IMG/VR virus record: IMGVR_UViG_3300031576_000135
Coordinates: 1 to 41,845 of that record
Direction: 5' to 3' (one strand)
Length of the DNA: 41,845 nucleotides
Source: a virus
Lineage: Duplodnaviria > Caudoviricetes
The notes below the pieces were generated by a model. The model ran no database searches. It was not told the DNA's origin and saw nothing but the letters and a program-made list of their open reading frames with translations. A program made the position numbers and the translations under genes. Within the stretch, counting starts at the first letter, position 1; each line of letters begins with the position of its first letter. Shown one piece after another: positions 32,632 to 41,845 of the stretch.

Positions 32632-32857
32632 GTTCGCGCGCACCGACCGCGCACTCCTGATCCGGGTCGGAGGTCATCTGCGGGATGCTGCCCAGATCGA
32701 GGTCAATGGCTACGGCCCTCACTGGGACGAAAGCGAGGATGCCAAGGCGGCCAAACGCCGGCACGACAGGCTTTTGCGCGATGAGCGCGACCTCGAGGCC
32801 TTGCGCCGCCGGCTCGAGGCGGTATCGGTACCGCCCGCTGGCTCAGGGGCTGCATGA
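32624..32857 (+). CDS. Hypothetical early protein
   Basis: AAGGGG RBS before MAEFART. Confidence 0.6.
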   Translation: MAEFARTDRALLIRVGGHLRDAAQIEVNGYGPHWDESEDAKAAKRRHDRLLRDERDLEALRRRLEAVSVPPAGSGAA

Positions 32858-34137
32858 CCGTCGCGCGGTCGACCGACGATTTGCAGATCGTCCGCGCGAA
32901 ACGCAGCGAGGCGCGCCTGCGTTTCGCGCTCTCAGCCGCCTCGAACGGCGGCAAGACCTATTCCGCCCTCGAGGTCGCCTTCGGTATCATCGAGGAGTTC
33001 CTCGCCCGCGGCCTGCTCGGCGGCTCGCTCGAAGGCAAGGTCGGGGTGGTCGATACCGAGCGCAAGTCCGCGCAGTTGTACGCGCATCTGGGTCCTTTCG
33101 ACACCATCGTTTTGGGGCCGCCTTATTCCGTTGAGCGGTATAGCCGCTCGATGGAAAAATTGGAGCAGGCCGGGTGCGAGGTCATCATTCTGGATTCGAT
33201 CTCGCATGCCTGGGCTGGTCCTGGTGGCCTGCGGGCGCTGCTTTCGACCTTCGATGCGAAGGACCGCTTCGGCGCCTACGACACCACAATCAACCCGGCG
33301 CAGGACGAGTTCGTGGACGCCATGCTGCGCTCGCGCTGCCACATCATCCCGACTATGCGCTCTAAAACCGAATGGGTGCTTGAGGACAAGGTCACGCGAT
33401 CCGGTGCTACGGTGAAGGCGCCGCGGCGCATCGGCATGGCTCCGATCCAGCGCCCTGGGATCGAGTACGAGTTCACGACGCTCATGGATCTGGACACGGT
33501 TTCCCACTACGCAACGGTGCTCAAAAACCGCTGCCCGCTATTCGATGCCTGGGTACCAAAGAAACTCACGCGCGAGCATGGCCGGGCGCTCGCAGCGTGG
33601 CTCCTGGAGGCGGCGCCGGAGGCGGAGGACGTCGTGCCCGGCACGCCCTTTGAGCGCGCCCGCTCGACTGCGGAGGCGGCGCATCGGGCGTGCGGGCGCG
33701 CGACCACGGTCCCCGATCTTGCACGTGCTTTTGCCGATGGGGAGAAGAATATAAAGGCGTTCCGAGGGCCTGTGTCGGATGAGGATCTGCGCCCGCTCGT
33801 AGCCGAGTTGAAGAGGATCAAGGACGCGACAAAGGAGGCGCTTGGCAATGACCGGGGTGGTCCTTCGGTGGGGATCGTGCTCGACCCGGACGTAGCCGAT
33901 GCGCTCGAGAACCTTCTGCAGCAGGCTCACGTCGCGCGAGAAAGGTTCCTCGCCTGGGCGCAGGTCCCGGTGGTACGGGCACTTGCGCTCGATCGTCTGC
34001 AGGTCGCGGTGTCCCAGATCGACACTTGGGCCGGACAGGAAACCGTCGCCCTCAAGCTGCCGGCGGCGCTCATCACGCGCGGGGTTAAGTTGCCGACAAA
34101 TCACTTCGAGGATATGGAAGATGACATCCCCTTCTAA
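32854..34137 (+). CDS. Sak4-like AAA ATPase/recombinase with an SSB-type acidic tail
   Basis: ASNGGKTYSA, VVDTERKSAQLYA, IILDSISHAW, HIIPTMRSK, GMAPIQRPGIEYEFT; ends FEDMEDDIPF. Confidence 0.85.
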   Translation: MTVARSTDDLQIVRAKRSEARLRFALSAASNGGKTYSALEVAFGIIEEFLARGLLGGSLEGKVGVVDTERKSAQLYAHLGPFDTIVLGPPYSVERYSRSMEKLEQAGCEVIILDSISHAWAGPGGLRALLSTFDAKDRFGAYDTTINPAQDEFVDAMLRSRCHIIPTMRSKTEWVLEDKVTRSGATVKAPRRIGMAPIQRPGIEYEFTTLMDLDTVSHYATVLKNRCPLFDAWVPKKLTREHGRALAAWLLEAAPEAEDVVPGTPFERARSTAEAAHRACGRATTVPDLARAFADGEKNIKAFRGPVSDEDLRPLVAELKRIKDATKEALGNDRGGPSVGIVLDPDVADALENLLQQAHVARERFLAWAQVPVVRALALDRLQVAVSQIDTWAGQETVALKLPAALITRGVKLPTNHFEDMEDDIPF

Positions 34138-34158
34138 CCCGCATGCCGAGGCCGCATC

Positions 34159-34503
34159 ATGAGCACCGAGCGCGAGGTCCCGCTTGTTTATGTAGCGATC
34201 GCTGAGTTGGGGCTCGCCGCCGGCGCAGCACCCCTCACCCAGTTCCCGGCCTGCTGGGAGTACCAGGTGGATAAACACTGGCGCGTGGCTTTCAACGGGC
34301 ACGCTGCGGCCAAGCACTGTTCTTTCTCCGATGCCACGATCGAGCCCTTCACGTGTTACGCCACCTTCAACGGCTGGGCCGCATTCGTCATCGACCCGAA
34401 TGGCGGCTTCGGTGCTGCGGGCACGGTTGCCAACGAGGACAGCTTTCTCGAGGCGATCCGCGCCGAGACTGAGCGCCTGGCACCCGGGAGCGGGCGCGCA
34501 TGA
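34159..34503 (+). CDS. Hypothetical protein
   Basis: 114 aa; GAGG RBS. Confidence 0.65.
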   Translation: MSTEREVPLVYVAIAELGLAAGAAPLTQFPACWEYQVDKHWRVAFNGHAAAKHCSFSDATIEPFTCYATFNGWAAFVIDPNGGFGAAGTVANEDSFLEAIRAETERLAPGSGRA

Positions 34504-34546
34504 ACGAGCTGCTCGAGCCGCTGGTGAAGCGCTTTCCGGTGCCTGA

Positions 34547-34780
34547 ATGAGACGCCAAATGGCCGTGTGTGCCTACTGCAATATTGCCGCGGAGCACGAC
34601 CGCAGGGTGTGCCGCATGCGCAAGCTCCACGCCGACCCCGTGTTCGCCAAGGCCGCAGCCGAGCGCATGCGCAAGCTCCACGCCGACCCCGTGTTCGCCA
34701 AGGCCGCAGATTGGACCTCGTATATGCTTGCGCTCGTCACTTACTTGGCCGCCGGGTTGATCTTGGGAGCGTTTCGATGA
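34547..34780 (+). CDS. Small repeat-containing protein with a hydrophobic C-terminus
   Basis: CAYC, RMRKLHADPVFAKAA twice, C-terminal hydrophobic helix. Confidence 0.55.
   Translation: MRRQMAVCAYCNIAAEHDRRVCRMRKLHADPVFAKAAAERMRKLHADPVFAKAADWTSYMLALVTYLAAGLILGAFR
34613..34709 (+). repeat. Perfect 46-bp direct repeat, 51-bp period
   Basis: 34613-34658 is identical to 34664-34709. Confidence 0.95.
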
Positions 34781-34980
34781 GCGCCCGGCTCAGCCCGCCT
34801 GTCGAGGACCCGTATCGTGGCGCCGATCCCGCCCGCTTCAAGTGCATGCGATCCTATTCGGAGCACCCGCTTTGCCAGGATAGGGCTTGTCTTACCGGAT
34901 GCCGGATGCCTAATATCCGCTTCGGCCTGGCGAGTTCGCCAGCCGCCGTTGAACTACCCCCACAACCCAAGGAGATCCGT

Positions 34981-35304
34981 ATGGCCGCAAACCCCGAGCA
35001 ACGCGAATTGCGAGACGTGAGCAGGACCGCGCCTGGCCGGCGCACGAACGATGGGCAGGAGAAAACGCCCGACCCCGGGGCGGTCGAACCCAGGATGTCA
35101 AAGCTGCTCAAGCTCTATGCCGAATCCGAGAACGCGAAGGAGGCACTGTCGGATGCGATCAAGAAAGCGGCCGAGTCCACCGGCTTCAATGCGGCGGCGC
35201 TGAAGAAGTTCGTCAAGGCGCGCGCAGGCGACGAGGACGAATTCGCCGATCGCAAGCGCGATGCCGAGCAGCTGGTGCTCTTATTCGACAAAGTCGGCGA
35301 CTAG
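34981..35304 (+). CDS. Small DNA-binding protein, distantly GapR/DUF2312-like
   Basis: AAGGAG RBS; AKEALSDAIKKAAESTGFNAAALKKFVKAR; the frame is also open from 34777. Confidence 0.55.
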   Translation: MAANPEQRELRDVSRTAPGRRTNDGQEKTPDPGAVEPRMSKLLKLYAESENAKEALSDAIKKAAESTGFNAAALKKFVKARAGDEDEFADRKRDAEQLVLLFDKVGD

Positions 35305-35305
35305 C

Positions 35306-35707
35306 GTGCCTGCGTTCGTTTCGCTCGCGGATCAGATCTTCGAGATCGAGCGCGAACTCAAGGTACGCCAGCGGGTGTACGCCCGCTGGATGCAAACGAA
35401 CAAAATCAAGCCCGAGGTCGCCGGCCAGCAGGTCGAGCGGATGTTGGCTGCGCGCGATTCCCTTATCGCCCTGCGCGCGGAGCGCGCGCGGATCTCCATG
35501 GCCGACCCTATCGTGCGGGTGCGTATCCGTGAAGGTTGGGAGGACGCTGGGCGCACTGGCGTGATGTATCACCAGACCGCCTTCGGCCTCGGGCAGCCGT
35601 GGTCCATGGTTCTCTTGGATGGCGATGAGGATCCGGACTGCCACAAGTCCTCGGGTCTGCAGCGCCTAGATGAGGTCGCTGCGACCGCCACGGCCAGCCG
35701 TGACTAG
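35306..35707 (+). CDS. Hypothetical phage protein
   Basis: SLADQIFEIERELKVRQRVYARW motif common in phage early regions. Confidence 0.6.
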   Translation: MPAFVSLADQIFEIERELKVRQRVYARWMQTNKIKPEVAGQQVERMLAARDSLIALRAERARISMADPIVRVRIREGWEDAGRTGVMYHQTAFGLGQPWSMVLLDGDEDPDCHKSSGLQRLDEVAATATASRD

Positions 35708-35987
35708 GACCTGGAACGTCACCGGGCTGTACCGCGCGCAGCAGGACCGGCAACCCGGTCGACGGCGCGCTCACCCTCCCGTCCCCCTCACCCCGCGCGG
35801 CGTACTGGTACCGATCGATCATGCCCGGGACATCATGGCCTGCTTTCTGTGCGAGCTTGAATTCGAGCGGCGCGATGCGCTCGACGGGGAGTCCTGCCCG
35901 CACTGCCGCCTGGTCGGGGACTACGGATTTACCGGTCAGAACGCTGCGACCGACCAGCTTTGGGTGCGGGGCCGCGGCCGCGGGTGA
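35700..35987 (+). CDS. Hypothetical zinc-ribbon protein
   Basis: CFLC...CPHC. Confidence 0.5.
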   Translation: MTRTWNVTGLYRAQQDRQPGRRRAHPPVPLTPRGVLVPIDHARDIMACFLCELEFERRDALDGESCPHCRLVGDYGFTGQNAATDQLWVRGRGRG

Positions 35988-36070
35988 GGGGCTCGATCGG
36001 TGGCTGCAGCCAGGTTGTTGCGGTGCTTCTAACCGCCGGCGCCGTCCTGTTCCTGCTCGGGTCCTTGTAA
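35984..36070 (+). CDS. 28-aa hydrophobic peptide
   Basis: GTGA-coupled; MRGSIGGCSQVVAVLLTAGAVLFLLGSL. Confidence 0.4.
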   Translation: MRGSIGGCSQVVAVLLTAGAVLFLLGSL

Positions 36071-36162
36071 ACCTCTGGCTGGCCTTCAGGTAGGGGCGCC
36101 GGCTGGCCGCGGCGGTGCCTGCTGCTCGCGCTGGGGGTCCACGCCCTTGGGGTCCTACCGTT

Positions 36163-36594
36163 CTAAGGCGCGCGCAGCGTGCGCCTGACGGCCTCCTGGC
36201 TGGCCGACGGTCCTCCGCCCAGACGCACCCCCCGCAGGACGTACCAGGCGCGCAGGTGCGACATGCCGTCCTCGAGGCAGATGCGGTGCATTTCATTGTC
36301 GGCCAGAGGGCGGTAATTCTCTGGCAGCAGTCCCTCGCGCAGCAGCTGATAGAGCGCATCATGTACGAGGCTCCCCCGCATGAAGTTCTTCGTGTCGATG
36401 GTGGGGCCGCTCGGGCCATCCCAGGCGTAGCCGTGCCGGACCGTGAGTAGGCCTGTTTCGTCCAGTTGGATCCACTCATCGAGCGCCGCCCGCGGCGGGC
36501 TGAAGGGTAGTTGGTGCCGATAACTGTCGGTTAATTGGTATTTGAAGCCGCCCTTGTAGAAAATCTTGCTGGCCGGGTTCTCGAGATCTTTCAT
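36163..36594 (-). CDS. DUF1353-like protein
   Basis: GYAWDGPSGPT...GSLVHDALYQL...ADNEM...GVRLGG. Confidence 0.8.
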   Translation of the reverse strand: MKDLENPASKIFYKGGFKYQLTDSYRHQLPFSPPRAALDEWIQLDETGLLTVRHGYAWDGPSGPTIDTKNFMRGSLVHDALYQLLREGLLPENYRPLADNEMHRICLEDGMSHLRAWYVLRGVRLGGGPSASQEAVRRTLRAP

Positions 36595-37025
36595 GGTCGA
36601 TTGCTGCCGGGCGCCGGTTTGGGCTCGATCACCGTGATCGGCGCTTGGCCTATGGGCTTTCCCTTGTTGATGATCGAGTCGCCCGCGTACCCGGTCTTGA
36701 GGCCAGAGAGGATCACGAGGGCCCAGCCCACGAAGGCGCCCTCGCTCGTGGTGAATAGGCCGGTCGCCACTTCACCCGCCGACCAGCTGACGACCCCGAT
36801 CACGGTGAGGAGGGTGCGCTTGGGGCTCGCGAGGAACAGGTAATCGATGAGGCCTCCGGCCGCGTTCCCGCTTGCCCACTGGCGGACGTAGTGCGCGAGC
36901 ATGCCGAGCGCGCAGCCGATGATGAGAGCGTAGAAGATCTGCGCTTCCTGGGTAGTGGGGAGCGCTGCGAGGAAATCCCACAGGGTCTGCTGGTGCTTTG
37001 CCTGGGCGATCGTTTGCGCGGTCAT
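36591..37025 (-). CDS. Putative holin (three hydrophobic segments)
   Basis: ATGA-coupled to the endolysin; multiple predicted TM helices. Confidence 0.6.
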   Translation of the reverse strand: MTAQTIAQAKHQQTLWDFLAALPTTQEAQIFYALIIGCALGMLAHYVRQWASGNAAGGLIDYLFLASPKRTLLTVIGVVSWSAGEVATGLFTTSEGAFVGWALVILSGLKTGYAGDSIINKGKPIGQAPITVIEPKPAPGSNRP

Positions 37026-37387
37026 CGGACGCCTTCGTGTTCTATGCTGAAATGGTTTCCGTCGGGGCGCGAGAAGCGGCCGCCCCATCTGCACAAAGGA
37101 TGCATCGATTCCCACTGCTCACCCAGCGCCCGATAGGCCTCGGAGTCCTTCTGGTAGATGTCGTCGTCCACCCCGGGTGCTGAATCCTTGAAGAGGTTGA
37201 GATCGATCGCCAGGCGCTTCAGGTGTAGCGAGTTCGAGATGCCGGTGCCGCCGGCAGCGTTCGCGTCGGCCTGCGCTTGGGTGCGCACCGCCTCACCGAA
37301 GGTGAGTTCGTACCCTTGACCGTAGCACCAGATAATGAGCTCGGCCACGAGCCGGCAAAAGAGGCGCTGTTTATCACCGAGTGTCAT
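37022..37387 (-). CDS. Endolysin, M15 family peptidase
   Basis: NSLHLKRLAIDLNLF...RWGGRFSRPDGNHFS; AAGGAG RBS. Confidence 0.9.
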   Translation of the reverse strand: MTLGDKQRLFCRLVAELIIWCYGQGYELTFGEAVRTQAQADANAAGGTGISNSLHLKRLAIDLNLFKDSAPGVDDDIYQKDSEAYRALGEQWESMHPLCRWGGRFSRPDGNHFSIEHEGVR

Positions 37388-37399
37388 CGCTCGTCTCCT

Positions 37400-37645
37400 T
37401 CAATGTCCCGGCGGCTTCCAGCCGCGCTCCCAGAGGACGAAGTAGGCGAGGGCTGCGACTGCGGCGGCGGCGATCGCGCGCAGGGTCCAGACGCCGACCT
37501 GGGCGTACTTTTCCTCGAGCCACTCTTTGATTGCAGCCTTGACGAGCGCTTTTCTCGCCTCTGCTGTTTCGCCCATGACCTCGTGCATCGCGTCCTTCAC
37601 GAGGCGGTGCCGTTCTTCCTGGTGCTGCAGGCCGTCGGGTTCCAT
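37400..37645 (-). CDS. Single-TM membrane protein of the lysis cassette (holin/antiholin candidate)
   Basis: AIKEWLEEKYAQVG then a hydrophobic helix; directly upstream of the endolysin. Confidence 0.6.
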   Translation of the reverse strand: MEPDGLQHQEERHRLVKDAMHEVMGETAEARKALVKAAIKEWLEEKYAQVGVWTLRAIAAAAVAALAYFVLWERGWKPPGH

Positions 37646-37678
37646 GGTTGCTTTTACGGTGGGGCGCCGTACTCGGGG

Positions 37679-37948
37679 TTAGGGCTGTGCCAACGCCGCT
37701 TTCAGTTTCGCCATCTGCGCCGGGTCGGCGATGATTTGGTCAACGAGCGACTGCGGGACCGCGAGCGACGGCGGCGGATCGACAAATGCGCCGGCGGCGT
37801 AGCGGTGTTCGGTGGTGGTGTTGTCGGGGCAGTCGATCCACTTGAGTGCCGCATGCACCGGGAACGGAATACCATCGCTCTCGGGGTCCTGATTGATGGG
37901 CTCGATCTGCGCGACCCGGCCGCTTGGTTCCACGAGGGCTTTTTTCAT
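37679..37948 (-). CDS. Tail-fibre-associated small protein
   Basis: MKKALV...FPVHAALKWIDCPD...FVDPPP; start overlaps the fibre stop. Confidence 0.65.
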   Translation of the reverse strand: MKKALVEPSGRVAQIEPINQDPESDGIPFPVHAALKWIDCPDNTTTEHRYAAGAFVDPPPSLAVPQSLVDQIIADPAQMAKLKAALAQP

Positions 37949-39480
37949 CAGTAGAACTCCTCGACGATGCAAATACCGGCCGCGCCAGCGGCACCGGCCG
38001 CGGTGCTTGAATTATTTGAACAGGCTCCCGATGCGCCGCCACCGTAAATATTGCCTGGATTCCCGTTCGCATTTCCGCCTGGGGGGTGGCCGCCCCCGCC
38101 TAAAATAGATGACCCGCCCAGCCCACCGAAGCCGCTAGCCCCGGCGACCGACGCCTGCCCGCTACCCGTTCCGTTACCATTGACGTTGCCGCCAGATCCC
38201 ACGCCGGGCGTAGAGCCTGCAAGAACATTGCTTGCGGTCGCTCCTGCGCCGGCCGCGCCGCCCGTTGCCGAGCAGTGCGCGCCGAATGAAGTCGTCCCGC
38301 CAGCAGTACCGTTGTTGGCGCCAGCGGCGCCGCCTGTTCCCCCGGCCCCCACGGTGATCGTTTCGGTCGCACCGAGCGAAGCAGACTCGATCCATTTAAT
38401 TGAAAAACCACCACCGGCCCCTCCCCCAGCGCCAGTCCCGACGCCTTGTGCGGCACCGCCGCTGCCGCCGCCCCCGCCCACGATGGTGACTTTGATGCGC
38501 TTCAGGCCAGCAGGTTTATTCCAAGTCCCGCTCCCGGTAAAGACCTGCGTGCTGCGGTACTCGCCATCTGGCGAGAGGCCGAACTGGCGCCAGACGAGGC
38601 TGGAATTATCATATTGCAGCGTGACGGCTTGACCGCTTGCGAGCGTCACATCACCATTCAAGGCAAGCCTGTTGGCGGCGGCAGAGCCTGCATCATTGTT
38701 CTTGAGAACTATCGGGTTCGTGGCACCGACGTTGACTAGGACCAGGACACGTCCTTCTGCGCCACCCGCGATGCCGGTGATGTTGCGGCTGGCATTGGAA
38801 GAAATCCGCAGTGTGCAGGCGGCCGGTAACCCCGACGGGTTATAGTCGTTCTGGTTGGCAGTGATCTGCGCCGGCGCAAGTACGCCTTGCAGGGCGATCG
38901 ATGTAGCCGCGAGTGCCGCGAACCCGAGCGCGGCCGTTGCTTGGCCGGTGCCCCCGTAGTTAATCGGCACTGGCACCGGGATTGATCCAGTGAGGGCGAT
39001 GTTCGAGAGTGCTGTCGCTGTTACGTTCCAACCGATGGCGAGGCCGGCGATCGGGGTGGGAAGCGTGGTCGAGACCCCTACGGTGGTGAGCGGCAGCGTC
39101 AGTGATCGCCCGGTGATTTCCTGCAGTTGCTGCACTTCCATCGTCAGGTAATCGAGCGCCGCCTCGTAGATTTCGGGGTAAAAGGCGCCCTGGTTCGTCA
39201 CGTCGGCGAGCTGCTGGTAGGGCACCAGGCGGTAAACCGTGAGGGTCGTGCCGGTTGCGATCGGGGCGCCTGAGAGCGGATAGGTGACGCTGCCGCCATC
39301 TGGGTTGTTCAGGCCCGCCACCGAGTATTGGCCCGCGGGGATGGCGGTGATGTTGCCCAGCGTGTCGGTGTAGTAGACGTACAGCTGGCTCGCGAGCGGG
39401 ATGATGAAGAGGAACGGCCAATTCGTGTTGACGCCGTTCCCCAGGCCGATCGCTTTGTTGGCGGTGGTCGCGATTGTCAT
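37948..39480 (-). CDS. Tail fibre: T7-like N-terminal attachment domain and glycine-rich C-terminal domain
   Basis: GNGVNTNWPFLF...YEAALDYLTMEVQQL; FTGSGTWNKPAG...VGGGGGSGG...GICIVEEFY. Confidence 0.85.
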   Translation of the reverse strand: MTIATTANKAIGLGNGVNTNWPFLFIIPLASQLYVYYTDTLGNITAIPAGQYSVAGLNNPDGGSVTYPLSGAPIATGTTLTVYRLVPYQQLADVTNQGAFYPEIYEAALDYLTMEVQQLQEITGRSLTLPLTTVGVSTTLPTPIAGLAIGWNVTATALSNIALTGSIPVPVPINYGGTGQATAALGFAALAATSIALQGVLAPAQITANQNDYNPSGLPAACTLRISSNASRNITGIAGGAEGRVLVLVNVGATNPIVLKNNDAGSAAANRLALNGDVTLASGQAVTLQYDNSSLVWRQFGLSPDGEYRSTQVFTGSGTWNKPAGLKRIKVTIVGGGGGSGGAAQGVGTGAGGGAGGGFSIKWIESASLGATETITVGAGGTGGAAGANNGTAGGTTSFGAHCSATGGAAGAGATASNVLAGSTPGVGSGGNVNGNGTGSGQASVAGASGFGGLGGSSILGGGGHPPGGNANGNPGNIYGGGASGACSNNSSTAAGAAGAAGICIVEEFY

Positions 39481-39504
39481 TTCGGTACTTTGCTTGTCAT
39501 TTTG

Positions 39505-41603
39505 TCACCTTGCGTATTGGGTCGGCGGGAAGAGGAATTCCTGGGCGTTGTCGCGGCGCATGCGGCTCTCCATGCGGCGCAGGTACCCAGGGCTCATGTC
39601 TTCCTGCAGGCGGTAAAGAAAGAGATAATCGAGCGCGATCCTCGGGTACCCGTTCACGATGAAGGAGGTCGTCGGGTGCACACCGGATGCCATCTTGAGC
39701 GCGGTGCGAAAGGCTTCGCCAGCACCTTCCTCCCCGCGGATGGTGCGCTTGAAGATGTCAATCAGGCCCGCGATGTCGCCGAGGGCGGGTCCGAGCAGGG
39801 TGGATGCCGTGCCGCCACCGCCCCGATGCGCCTGGCCGAAGAGAAAATCTCCGTAGATCCCGAGGCCCCCGCCTTGGGCAGAGGCCGCGAGAAAGGTACG
39901 CCAGGCGACTGCCGGATCGGTCACGTCGCGCGGCTCTCGGCCCTTGACGAGTTCCTTCGCGGTCATGGAGAGGTAGCCCATCGCGGTCGTCCAGGCGATC
40001 ATCTGGGCGAGCGCCACCATCTCGCCGTTCTTGTTGGTCAGCGCCTCACCCAGCGTATTGGCGCCACGCCCGTAAATCTCGCGCCCGAGGACCCGTTGCA
40101 CGAAGCTGATCGGGTAGCCCTTGAACTGCATGGCGAACCTGATCGCTTCACCCGCCCCCGTGCCGCGCTTGATGTCGGTGCCCCACATCATGTAGTAGTT
40201 CGTCTTCGCATCCGGCGTGAGGCGCGCGTAGCTCACGCGGTCGCTGACAAACGCCCGCATCTTGCGCTCGGTCTCACCTCCCAGCCCCTCGGGCACGAGG
40301 AATTCTCGGCCATCGTATTCGCGCACGTTCTTCCTGATCGCGTTCCAGTCGGCCGCGGTGATCTCATACAAACCGAGCGAGCGGCGCAGATCAGGCTGTA
40401 GTTGCTCGAAGGGGAGTTCGCGCTCGAGCGCGAGGCGATGCGTGGTCATTTCGCCCGCGCGCCTGCCCACCCGCTCGTTCCACATGGTCGCCCCGATCAT
40501 GGAGAAGAACTTCTGCTGGTAAGCAGCCAGGCGCCCGCGCGGCTGGTCGCCGGCGCCGAACTTGGTCGAGAGATCCGCAATCGCGCCGTCGGCAAAGACG
40601 CCGATCTGGGACCACAGCTTTTTGCGCTCGGCATCCTTCATGCCGACGCCCAGGCCCATCACGGCTTCCCGAAGGCCGCCGAGGTAGGACGCACCATGGG
40701 TGAACTTCATTTCGCTTGCGAAGGTGATCAGGTCACTGAACTGGGAGAGGAGCATGAGCGGCAGTTTGGTGAAGTTCTGGAAGGTGCGGGCGTAGGTGCC
40801 GACCTCGGCGAAGACCTCGTTCTCCGGGACCCGGGTGGTGCCATCCAGGTGGCTCACCATGCGCTCGATCGCCGGGAGCCTTGCGTTGAAGTCCTTGAGT
40901 TTGCCTGACGTGTCGCGCATGCCAAGGGCGATCTCGTGGGCTGCGCGCGCGAGCACGGCCTTCGGGTTCGTGCCGAAGACCCGCATGAGGCCCACGTTCT
41001 GGGCGGCCATGTCCAGGGACCGCATCACGGCTTCCGAGAGGGTGCCCACCCCGAAGCGCTCGTTGTAGGCGAGCCAGCTGTCGGCGTCCTTGAAGTGGAG
41101 CACTCGCTCGGCGCTCACCCGCTTGGCGAGGTTACGTGGGCCCATGAACCCGGTGGGCGCGTGGCCTCCTGATCTCAGGTGATCGCCAGAGACAAGGCCT
41201 ACGTAGGCTTCGCGCAGCGCATCGTCATCCAGGCCCGTGCGCTCGGTGTCCAGGAGCGGCCGGATGAATTTGCGCCAGGTATCGAAGTGCCGCGGGTCGT
41301 CCGCCTTCACGGTGATCCCGGCGGCTTTCCTGAGCAGGGTCACGTCGTGGGACTGGCGGGTGATGTAGTCGGTGAGCTTGCCGATCCACGCGCCCTCGCT
41401 GTTCTGATCGAGCCGTGACTTCTCCTGCCATTTGCGCACGATCGTCGCCATCGCCACCGCTTCGTCCGGGCCCCTTGGCGCGCCCCCTTCATCGAGCGCG
41501 CGGAGGGCACGCGCGACGTCCGCCTGCATGGTGTTCGAGACGAATAGCTTGTAGACGCCCGCTTCCTCGAGGTCGTAGCGCATGCCGCCTAGGTATTCCT
41601 CGT
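39505..41603 (-). CDS. Large ejection/internal virion protein (3' part; starts at 367 across the junction)
   Basis: RVLHFKDADSWLAYNERFG, GEAIRFAMQFKGYP, QGGGLGIYGDFL motifs typical of BPP-1/epsilon15-like ejection proteins. Confidence 0.85.
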
Positions 41604-41845
41604 GGACGGCCCGCTGCTCGGTCATCGCGCTCCTGCGCGCGCCCTCGCGGGCGTTGGCGACCCCTACCGCCCGCGCCTCGAGGCCGAGTGCCGGGTCCTC
41701 CGGGAACTGGGCTTTGACGAAACCGATCAGATTGAGGGTTTTCGTGTCATTCAGCAGGCGTTCGCGCTCGGCGATCACGGCGGCCAGCTTTGTTTCATCA
41801 GCGAGTTCAGCGGCTGCGCGCTCGGTGGCGGCGGCGAGGTCTTTC
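41604..41845. repeat. Terminal direct repeat, copy 2
   Basis: Direct match to 1-242. Confidence 0.95.

Noticed and set aside
34613-34709. Mini-CRISPR array
   Set aside because: Only two units separated by 5 bp, in frame within a CDS; no cas genes
37948-39480. BPP-1-type diversity-generating retroelement acting on the tail fibre
   Set aside because: No reverse transcriptase, avd gene or template/variable repeat pair is visible
39481-39510. TGACAA doublet upstream of the tail fibre resembling the TGACA repeats at 23779-23802
   Set aside because: Too short and differently spaced to support a shared regulatory motif

Overview
The window is an apparently complete, circularly permuted genome of a GC-rich tailed phage with podovirus-type virion genes. 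Bases 1-242 repeat at 41604-41845, giving a unit length of about 41,603 bp. The head and tail genes resemble Bordetella phage BPP-1 and epsilon15: portal, scaffold, major capsid, cement and staple proteins, tail adaptor and nozzle, ejection proteins and tail fibre. The large terminase is P22 gp2-like. Almost everything is on the minus strand (replication, late, virion and lysis genes); a short plus-strand early operon occupies about 31.8-36.1 kb. I see no integrase, CI-type repressor, DNA or RNA polymerase, reverse transcriptase, tRNA or CRISPR array. Family assignments come from recognised motifs and gene order, not database searches. The most unusual observations are: (1) six head-region proteins, including the major capsid and cement proteins, carry N-terminal leaders, either an R-x-G-L-V-type motif or Sec-type signal peptides; (2) the large terminase is split into two same-frame genes by a 489-bp insert encoding a membrane-anchored HExxH peptidase; (3) a near-consensus chromosomal parS site lies beside the replication initiator in a phage with no integrase; (4) a promoter-to-terminator small RNA has anti-Shine-Dalgarno loops; (5) an ejection protein carries an ADP-ribosyltransferase-like domain; (6) a Sak4-like recombinase ends in an SSB-type DDIPF tail; and (7) a cytosine methyltransferase appears collapsed to a 30-aa remnant.
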